From NCBI GenBank assembly GCA_963665115.1, contig OY762007.1, forward strand, positions 5,920,001 to 5,984,000: a stretch of 64,000 nt of DNA, written 5' to 3'. Origin of the DNA: an uncultured Rivularia sp. (GTDB lineage Bacteria; Cyanobacteriota; Cyanobacteriia; Cyanobacteriales; Nostocaceae). The notes beneath the pieces are model-generated. The model saw nothing but the letters and a program-made list of their open reading frames with translations, was not told the DNA's origin and did no database searches. Positions 21,173-30,073 of the stretch are shown here, piece by piece. The number at the start of each line of letters is the position of its first letter. Positions within the stretch are counted from its first letter, which is position 1. The position numbers were made by a program, and so were the translations under genes.

Positions 21173-22168
21173 CTATTCTCCGTTAAGCATTAACTTCGAT
21201 TGCTTAATTCCGACTTTTACAATTTTTCGTGGCTGAGTATTATATAACTTCATTCCAGCTTTCCAACCGTGACGAACACCGACAATAGAATCTTGAATAT
21301 ATTCAAATAACAAATAATTTGAAAGATTGTGAGTAAATTTAAGGCGTAAAATTCTTAACAAACAACGATAGATAAGAAGCCCGGTGAGACGTATAGCGAA
21401 TATCGGTAAAGGTATTCTTGGAAAGCCGTGCTTGAGAGCAAAGTAAGTAGTATTTTTGGCAAGGGAATACCAGCAGGTGAGATATTGCCCATCGCGACGG
21501 TTATGACTCGGTTGCACGTAATGCTCTACAGGTGCATTTACATTGCAAATCCTGTAACCAGCCTGATGCAAGCGCAAGCAAACATCTGTTTCTTCGAGAA
21601 AATACTCAAAAAACTCATCAAAATAGCCGATTTTCACTAACGCTTCTCTTTTATAGGAAGCATTGGCACCCATAATACTGCGAAACCAATTAGGCTTTGA
21701 TAAATAGTCATGTTGTCTATCAGCAGATAAAACTGGTCGAGATTCACTCAAAAGACTATTAACACCGCAATCAAATTGCAAGGAAAATGATGGTTTAGTT
21801 TTATCGATAACCGCTCCACCAACACAACCACAATTAGCTCCTTGTTGCAGATGAATTTGTAAATGTTTTTCTATCCAATTGTCAGGTGGAATTACATCAT
21901 CATCAAGATAGAAAATGATATCTCCAGATGCTGCTTTCAAGCCCAAGTTTCTAGCCGCACTTACATTTTTTTGGTCAATAAATATAATTTTATTGATAAT
22001 ACTTTTATATTCCGATAAAACAAATTCGGTATCATCAAATGTTGGACCAACAACTACAATTAACTCTTGAAAGGAATATTGCCAGCGAGAAACAGCATCC
22101 ATAACGTACTGTAAAAAATGACCCCTATTCACAGTACAGATAATCACGGATACAGAATAATATACCAT
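21173..22168 (-). CDS. GT2 family glycosyltransferase
   Basis: SVIICT.NR, YLDDD, GANASY, EETD. Confidence 0.9.
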   Translation of the reverse strand: MVYYSVSVIICTVNRGHFLQYVMDAVSRWQYSFQELIVVVGPTFDDTEFVLSEYKSIINKIIFIDQKNVSAARNLGLKAASGDIIFYLDDDVIPPDNWIEKHLQIHLQQGANCGCVGGAVIDKTKPSFSLQFDCGVNSLLSESRPVLSADRQHDYLSKPNWFRSIMGANASYKREALVKIGYFDEFFEYFLEETDVCLRLHQAGYRICNVNAPVEHYVQPSHNRRDGQYLTCWYSLAKNTTYFALKHGFPRIPLPIFAIRLTGLLIYRCLLRILRLKFTHNLSNYLLFEYIQDSIVGVRHGWKAGMKLYNTQPRKIVKVGIKQSKLMLNGE

Positions 22169-22698
22169 TACAATTTAGTTTTTAGAATTTAGCTTATAAT
22201 CGGTGCCGACAGCCTCCCTTCAAGAGGAAAAATTTCAAGAAATTTCTGTCTTTACAGCAATTTTCATCATGATAGTTTGTCGTCAGAACGGTTTATATAA
22301 TCACTCCGTCTCACGAATAAGTATCTATATAAAAGTATCTAATGACACGTTTTAACATTTCATCGGATAATCGTCAATATTTATTCATGTTAAAATTTCA
22401 ACTTGCTACTTAAGTAGTCATTGTTTTATACTTAACATTTCAACTAACTTCAGATTATATTAATTTTTATTTAAATTTAATTATTTTTCCTTTCCACTAG
22501 CCACTTAAATTTAAGGAGCGCAACACATATTCTCAAATCAAAAGTGAAACCTTAGTATTATTATTGTGTTCAATAGAAATGAAGGAAGAGGGTTTGAGCG
22601 GTTGGAATTTAGATGAGAATAAAACCAGTTCTTAAGATTAGAAAAAATCATTAATCTTGCCTTCTTCCTTTGCACTGAAGAACGAAGTTCGTTAAGAA

Positions 22699-22878
22699 CT
22701 GACATCTTGCACCATTTTCAATACCGCTTGGGGTTGCAAACCCCAAGCTAATAGTATAAGTCCTATAAATAGGACTGGGTAAGGATTTTAGTCTACTTGA
22801 GTAGACTTTCGCTATCAGCCTGGGATTTGCAATCCCAGGCGGTTTTGATTACTAATTGACAATGGTGCAAGATATCAG
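22699..22878. mobile_element. ~180-bp MITE with terminal inverted repeats and target-site duplication
   Basis: CTGACATCTTGCACCATT ... AATGGTGCAAGATATCAG; flanking direct repeat (G)TTAAGAA(C); several internal hairpins. Confidence 0.85.
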
Positions 22879-22924
22879 TTAAGAACAAACTTATTTTTTA
22901 TTTTAAAGAAAGAATAATTATAGA

Positions 22925-25900
22925 ATGTACAATTGCGAAATTGAGAAGCTAAAACCAAAGTCGCTGATAAAAAAACTAGGAACAACAAGTTCCAAAATGG
23001 AAGTTCCCAATCGGACAAACTTTGAAATCAACTTTAAACCGGATTTCTTAGAGAAATTTAATCCATCATCTGCAAAAGTAGCCATTCTCGTCACTAATGA
23101 ATTTGAAGGTTTTTCCAAAAATGGCGGAATCGGTACTTACTATACAACCTTAAGTCAAAAGCTGGAGAAGGATGGTTGGTACGTTATACTCTTACTTTGT
23201 CAAACTGAAGAAAATTTTCAAGGAGAAGCCAAATTTCCTCATGTTGATAGCGTTTTCTCTACCCACGAAGCAGAAGGGGTTTTAAATCTCCAACCAATTC
23301 ACCTTTCTATTTTGGCTCAAACCCAGGAAGACGAAATCAGTAATAGCTTTGACTATGAAAGTTACTGCTGCTTATTCTTCACTCAAGCAATTATCGCTAG
23401 CTTTCCCGATGCAGTTACTTACATTGAATTTCCAGATATATGGGGATTTGGCTACCGTACAACACAAGCGAAAAAAACTGGTTTACTCAGTAGCAGTTGT
23501 CTTATCGGTGCTACTACCCACGGGTGTTTTGAATGGTTGCGTGAAGTAAACAGTCAATACAGCGTAACAAACCCTCAGTGGTTATGGCTAGCTTACCATT
23601 ACGAGCAGTATTCTTATGAAAATGCCGATGTCGCTTACTTCCCTTCCTATTTTCTCAAGTCAAAGCTAGAAAGTTATGGTTGGAAAAAACAGGGGAATCA
23701 TTTACCTTATTTTGTACCGATTGTAGAATCACAAGGTGACGAAACAACAAACCTAACCTCCCTTGCTTACGAGGAAAAACCACTGGGTACACATATCGAG
23801 GCAGATCCCCCTAAATCCCCCTTCTTAAGGGGGACTTTGAATCCTATTCCCCCCTTTTCAAGGGGGGTTAGGGGGGATCAAAAATCTATAAAGCAACTCG
23901 ACAAAACTTGTGCGTACACCGTAGACGAGGGAAAAGAAAAATTCCCAATTGTATTTTTCGGAAGACTTGAAGAAAGAAAAGGATTCTGCACTTTTGTAGA
24001 AGCAATCAAATTACTCAATCGGGATGTAATTAATAAAATTCAAATTATTTTTATTGGCAAAATTATTCCTTTACAATCATCGCAATATCAACATCTTGAC
24101 AGCCAGCAGTACATTGAAGAACAACTTGATGGCTATGTAGCTTACAAAGTATTACCAAATTTATCCAGTCAAGAAGCGATTAAATTTGTTCGCGAGTTAA
24201 ATAGCCCAATTGTTTGTCTAACCAGTCTCCAAGAAAACTTTCCCAATACGGGATTAGAAATGGGACAATTACCTGTCAGCTTGGTGGTTTCAGATACGGG
24301 GGGATTTCGAGAAACCTTAAATTTGATTGAGCGCTCCGATTGCGTGCGCTACTTTCAGCCAGGAAATTCTGATTCTCTTGCTCAAACCATAACTCAAGCT
24401 GTTGATGCTTATCCCGAAAACCCATTAATTCCCGAAGGTGAGTTTTTAGAACAAGTTAATCGAAATCTGCTTAACCAAAGATTAGAATATATGAGTCAAG
24501 TTTTTATGGAAGGTGCGCCAAAAGAACTATCTTCTCCACCAATTACTATAGCGATTGTCTGCTCGCATCCTACAACTGCTATATTAAAGTGTCTCGAAAG
24601 CCTTGCCGCTCAAACCTACAATAATTTTGAAATCATCGTTGGGTATCCAGATAAAAGCGAGTATCTACAAGAAATAATTATTCAAGCCCAAACCAAGTTT
24701 CCCAGCTGCAAATATTTAAATTTGGATGCTAGTTGGAGCTTGGGAGAAAGTTATAACTACTTGGTTGAATTAGCAGCAGGAGAATATGTTTTACAATTAT
24801 CACCCGAACATATCCCCTTATCCGATACAGTAGAAAAATTTGTTACCGCTGCACTTACAGCCCAAGCAGATGCTGTTGTATCTCCACAAGTTACGGTTGG
24901 GGAAGATGGAACTAAAATTAATTTAATCGATGGTTGTTTGCTTAAGCTTTTAGAATTTAACTACAACCAAGATATATCTGCACTATATTCTCTCAAACTA
25001 CTCAAAGAATTTCCCTACAGTCAGGAAAGAGGAATATTCGCGTTAAATTGGCACATCATCGCAGCGGCGATCGCCACCGGAAAAGAAATTGCTTACTACC
25101 CTTACCCCCTTTACACTTCAAGCACGCAATCGACAAACAATCCCATAAATATAGCTAAAGAGCGCTATTACATACGTCAATACTTATACCAAATTGAATC
25201 ATCAAAGTGGAATCAGCGCCAGCTAAATTTACTATTAACAGGTGTCGAACAACTCCTAGAGCAGCAAGAACAAAATAAATCATTGCGCTTCACAGTGGGA
25301 AATGGCGAAAAGTTATCATCTCAATCTCAAGCTTGGATGCTAACCGCACAGCAAATTCAAGATGAACTAACTCATACTCAAGAAAGTCTAAAAAACCTTC
25401 AATCTTGGAATCAACAGCTACAAAAAGCCAAAGACTGGCTGGAGCCTCAGTTGCAAACCTGGATGCAAAAAGCCCAGCAAACTCAAGATGAACTAACGCA
25501 GACACAAGAAACTCTAAAAAACCTTCAGTCTTGGAAACTTACAGCTACAAGCAGGGAAAGATTGGCTAGAGACTCAGTGGCAAACTTGGATGCTGAGAAC
25601 CCAAAAAGCCGAATTAGAATGGCAAAGGTGGCAGTCGATAGCAAGCATGATGGCAAACAGTAAATTTTGGCATCTCCGCAAAGCTTGGTTAAAACTAAAA
25701 AACATCATTAAAACCAAAATCGATCCGCTTGAATTAGCATCTCAAGTTAATTCCGAAAAAGACATTCGGGATTATGTGACTTCCGTAGCTACCCAGAAAG
25801 TTCGATATTTTCAGCCAGAAGCAGTAGAAACACCTGTAGTTTCAATTATCTCCGTGTTTTTCAACGACTATGAATTTTTTGAAACTACCTATAGAAGCGT

Positions 25901-27200
25901 TATTAACCAAACCTGGCAAAATTTTGAATGGATTATCGTCAACGATGGTTCAACTAACCTTGATGCAGTAGCATTCATCGAGTCGTTGCCTCAAAGAACC
26001 AAAAAAATCAAAGTTGTTTCTAACACTAACAATCAAGGTGAAGCAGCAGCAAGAAACATGGCAATTGCTGAAGCTCAAGGCGAGTATTTACTTTTTGTAA
26101 ATTTAGTTGACATTATTGACCCCTTATATGTTGAGAAATGCCTGCTTTTCTTAGAAACCCATCCCGAATTTTCTTTTGTTAACTCCTATTCTGCTGTTTT
26201 TCAAGCACAAGAGTACTGGTGGAATCATGGCTTCAACAAACCAGCGAAGCTGATTCAAGACAATTTTGTCAAGGGACAATTACTTTATCGCAAAGCCGAC
26301 TTTGATGAATTAGGAGGATTCGACAACGAGTTAAAGTATCGTGCAGATTGGGAACGATGGGTAAAAGCAATAGCCAATCATCAAAAAGGATGGACAATTC
26401 CCGAATACTTAGGATGTAATCGCTGCACTACCTTTGCAGCACCAACATTTGAACAAAATCGCTCAGAATCAAAACCTGCAAAAGAATTAATTCAATCTCG
26501 CTATCGAGAATTTTTTACCTCCACCCCTCCCCAAGAAATTTCCCTTAATGGTGAATCTCTTAAACAGCAACAACTCCAACTGAAAATCGATGCCCAAAAC
26601 TCAATTCAGTACTCAAGTACTAACAAAAACTTATTATTTTTCTTCTCCTCGCTCAACAGCGATATCGATAAATGTAACCTGGAATTAATAACGAAGCTCG
26701 AACAGCAGGATTACAAAATTACTGCGATCGCAACAACAAAAGAACGAGCAAGCAAATCGTTTTACAATGTCACACCAGATATTTTTCACTTACCTAACTT
26801 CCTAGATGAAGCCTACTGGTTAGCATTTACCCGCTACATCATAGAATACCGCCAAATTGACACCATCATAATATCTCACGTAGATATTGCTTATTATTTC
26901 TTACCTTTACTCCGTGCAGAGTTTCCCCAGGTAGCTTTTATTGACTTGGGCTACGACAATAATAATTTTTCTAGCAACGGTAATATCAAATCAAGTCAAT
27001 TCAGTAAATATCTAGATCGTCAGGTAGTATTTTCTCCATCCCTTGACAATATTGTTGATGAAAACTCAAAGTTAATTTGCTCTTCTAACGTTGAAATAGA
27101 AGCTATTTTTAATGAAGCTATCCAAGCCCGTCAAAAATCAAATCCCACAGAAATTGATACTGAATTAGCCGCTGTAGCTTTGTCGCTGGTATTGAAGTAA
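22925..27200 (+). CDS. Large glycosyltransferase fusion GT4-GT2-coiled coil-GT2-partial GT4 (~1420 aa; +1 A frameshift near 25536)
   Basis: ORFs 22925..25663 and 25590..27200; repeat unit 1 reads TGGAATCAACAGCTA, unit 2 TGGAAACTTACAGCTA (one extra base); halves paralogous to 13001 and 6860 ORFs. Confidence 0.8.
23780..23924. mobile_element. MITE with G/C-run palindromes inserted in frame in the glycosyltransferase
   Basis: Ends CCACTGGGTACAC...GCGTACACCGTAG; flanks ACGAGGAAAAA/ACGAGGGAAAA; CCCCCTAAATCCCCC...GGGGGGTTAGGGGGG core; segment absent from paralog 13001. Confidence 0.8.
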
Positions 27201-27203
27201 TTA

Positions 27204-27301
27204 AGGAAGAAAGAAGATGGAAGAAGGAAGAAACTTAAGTCCTCAATTTATTTTCCCATGCCCAATGCCCAATGACCATTGCCCATTCTTCCTTCTTCCT
27301 T
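27204..27301. repeat. Intergenic heptamer repeats (GGAAGAA/TTCTTCC and TGCCCAA-type STRR)
   Basis: Visible repeats between convergent genes; GGAAGAA-like runs also at ~7120-7147 and ~11481-11512. Confidence 0.6.
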
Positions 27302-27311
27302 CATTTTATAC

Positions 27312-28584
27312 TTATTCCCAATCAAACTTCATACCTAAATATTCCTCTAATTGCTGATTATAAGGGACGGAAGAAATCTACTAGCTGATGACGTAAATTA
27401 TCGGGAATCGGAGAATATGAGCCAGGATTAAGATTGCGAAATTCAGGTATGTAGTTATCCTGTAAATCCAGAAAATTATAAACTTGCTTCATTGTTGCTG
27501 ATGGATTTTCAAATAAATTCTCACTTTTAATAATTAAAAACTGCTCTCTTGGAAAAATATTCATCCACTCTTTTAGGTAGTAAATATATAAACTTTCTAA
27601 TAAATCGGGTAATAATATATAATTTGTAAATTTTTGATATTTTTTTCGTGCAAATGATTGTGAGTCATCAGATAACCAATCAAGCCATTGATTTATAAGA
27701 CTGGGAATTTTATCTATAGTCTTATTTAAGCAATTTTTTGTCACTTGTATAAGCTGCGTATATGTATAGTCTACATATCTTAACCGACATCTCTGATAAT
27801 AGGAAGAGATAGCTCTATCTGCTGGATTTCTTAATAGAATAATAAATTTCATCTTGGGTAATAGAGCGAATATTTTTTGAGCTATTTTATAAGAATTAAT
27901 ATAAATAGGTGTAGCTTCACCAGTAATATAATTTTTGCTATTAGAAATTTGAGGAAAATGAGCAAGATAATAATCAATATCTTGTTTGAAAAAAGAGTTA
28001 AAAAAATGAAGCTCTTTGGCAACAGCAGGAAGAACTTGAGGATGGTTACTTACATAGGAATAAAGAGAGGTAGTACCGCATTTACTAAATCCAGGAATCA
28101 TGAATTTTGGTTGAAGTTGTTGTCCGAAATCCCAATGCTTTTCAACCAACTGAGGATGAGATAGAAGAATTTGCTGATAGCTAGCTGCTTTATAGGAAGC
28201 AATTGCCGATCCAGTTTTACCTTGTAAAGTTAACAAAATACCTAAAACGAAGCGAGCAAAAGTAAAATTTGGTTGATTCTCAACTGTTTGATGTAGAAGT
28301 GCAACTCCTTCCTCAAGTAAACCATCATCTATTTTTTCTTCACTCCAACTCGCAGCTAGTAGAGAACACTTTAAAACCCCGTAATTTCTAAGATTATTAG
28401 GGTCAAATTGGAGGGATTTGATGTAATGAAAAGACGCTTCTTGAAATTGAAATTGGCTTCGATATATTTGTGCAAGTTTCTCATGAGCGTGGGGATTATT
28501 GTATTTAATTACTAAAGCTTTTTGGTAGTGAGATATTAGTTTATTTTGTCTGTCGCTATTGAGGTTAGTTTGAAGTAATACCAA
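27312..28584 (-). CDS. TPR-containing sulfotransferase, copy B (+1 frameshift at 27364-27366 removes last ~15 aa)
   Basis: GFSKCGTTSL, LRNPADRAIS; AAGGGACGG here vs AAGGACGG in copy A; restored end MKFDWE. Confidence 0.85.
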
Positions 28585-28793
28585 TTGTTTTTGCTCCTAT
28601 GCTTCTTGCTCTGTCCGATTTAATCAAGCATTCAATTTTTCTGCATAAACTCGGATGTGGGGTTCTGCATGATAAGTAACGTGTCTTCCGGGATGAAAAA
28701 TAAGTTACTGTCACGGCTGGTAAGCAGTGGGACAATGGTGAGAACGAGAGAAGTTCTTGCATCGGTGGTCTTCCTTCTTCCTTAATTTTATAA

Positions 28794-30062
28794 TTATCCC
28801 CAATCAAACTTCATACCTAAATATTCCTCTAATTGCTGATTATAAGGACGGAAGAAATCTACTAGCTGATGACGTAAATCATCGGGAATCGGAGAATATG
28901 AGCCAGGATTACAATTGCGATATTCAGCTATGTAGTTATCCTCTAAATCCAGAAAATTATAAACTTGTTTCAATGTTGCTGATGGATTTTCAAATAAATT
29001 CTCACTTTGAATAATTAAAAACTGCTCTCTTGGAAAAATATTCATCCACTCTTTTAGGTAGTAAATATATAAACTGCTTAATAAATCTGGTAATAATATG
29101 TAATCTGTAAATTGTTGATATTTTTCTTGTAAAGATGATAGTGAGTCATCGAACAACCAATCAAACCGTTGATTTATAAGACTGGGGATTTTTTCTATAG
29201 TCTTATTTAAGCAATTTTGTGTAACTTGTGTAAGCTGCGATTTATAATATTCATAGTCTATTCTACGTCTATGAAAATAGGAAGAAATAGTTCTATCTAC
29301 TGGATTTCTCAATAGAACAATAAATTTCATTTTGGGAAAAAAAGCGAATATTTCTTGAGCTATTCTAGAAGAATAAATATATCTAGGTGTTGCTTCACCA
29401 GTAATATAATTTTTGCTATTAGAAATTTGAGGAAAATGGGCAAGATAATAATCAATATCTTGTTTGAAAGAAGAGTCAAAAAAATGAAGTTCTTTGCCAA
29501 CAGCAGGAAGTACTTGAGGATGTTTACTTACATAGGAATAAAGAGAGGTAGTACCGCATTTCCTAAATCCAGGAATTATGAATTTTGGTTGAAGTTGTTG
29601 TCCGAAATCCCAATTTTCTTCAACCAAATGAGGATGGGATAGAAGAATTTGCTGATAGCTAGCTGCTTTATAAGAATCAATTGCTGATTCAATTTTACCT
29701 TGTAAAGTTAACAACATACCTAAAACGACGCGAGCAACAGGAAAATTTGGTTGATTCTCAACTATTTGATGCACAAGTGCAACTCCTTCCTCAAGTAAAT
29801 CCGGATCTATTCTTTCTTTATTCCAGCTTGCAGCTAGTAGAGAGAACTTTAGTTTCCAATAATTTCTAAGATTATTGGGGTCAAATTGAAGGGATTTTAT
29901 GTAATGATAAGATGCTTGTTGAAATTGAAATTGGCTTTGATATATTTTTGCTAGTTTCTCGTGGGTGCGGGGATTATTGTATTTAATAACTAAAGCTTTT
30001 TGGTAGTGAGATACTAGTTTATTTTGTCTGTCGCTTTCGAGGTCAGTTTGAAGTAATACCAA
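28794..30062 (-). CDS. TPR-containing sulfotransferase, copy A (likely TTG start at 30062)
   Basis: GFRKCGTTSL, KELHFF, LRNPVDRTIS; AGGAG RBS before TTG. Confidence 0.9.
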   Translation of the reverse strand: MVLLQTDLESDRQNKLVSHYQKALVIKYNNPRTHEKLAKIYQSQFQFQQASYHYIKSLQFDPNNLRNYWKLKFSLLAASWNKERIDPDLLEEGVALVHQIVENQPNFPVARVVLGMLLTLQGKIESAIDSYKAASYQQILLSHPHLVEENWDFGQQLQPKFIIPGFRKCGTTSLYSYVSKHPQVLPAVGKELHFFDSSFKQDIDYYLAHFPQISNSKNYITGEATPRYIYSSRIAQEIFAFFPKMKFIVLLRNPVDRTISSYFHRRRIDYEYYKSQLTQVTQNCLNKTIEKIPSLINQRFDWLFDDSLSSLQEKYQQFTDYILLPDLLSSLYIYYLKEWMNIFPREQFLIIQSENLFENPSATLKQVYNFLDLEDNYIAEYRNCNPGSYSPIPDDLRHQLVDFFRPYNQQLEEYLGMKFDWG

Positions 30063-30073
30063 TTGTTTTGCTC

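Noticed and set aside
28565..28807. 80-aa ORF between sulfotransferases
   Set aside because: Mostly an out-of-frame reading of the duplicated thioesterase tail
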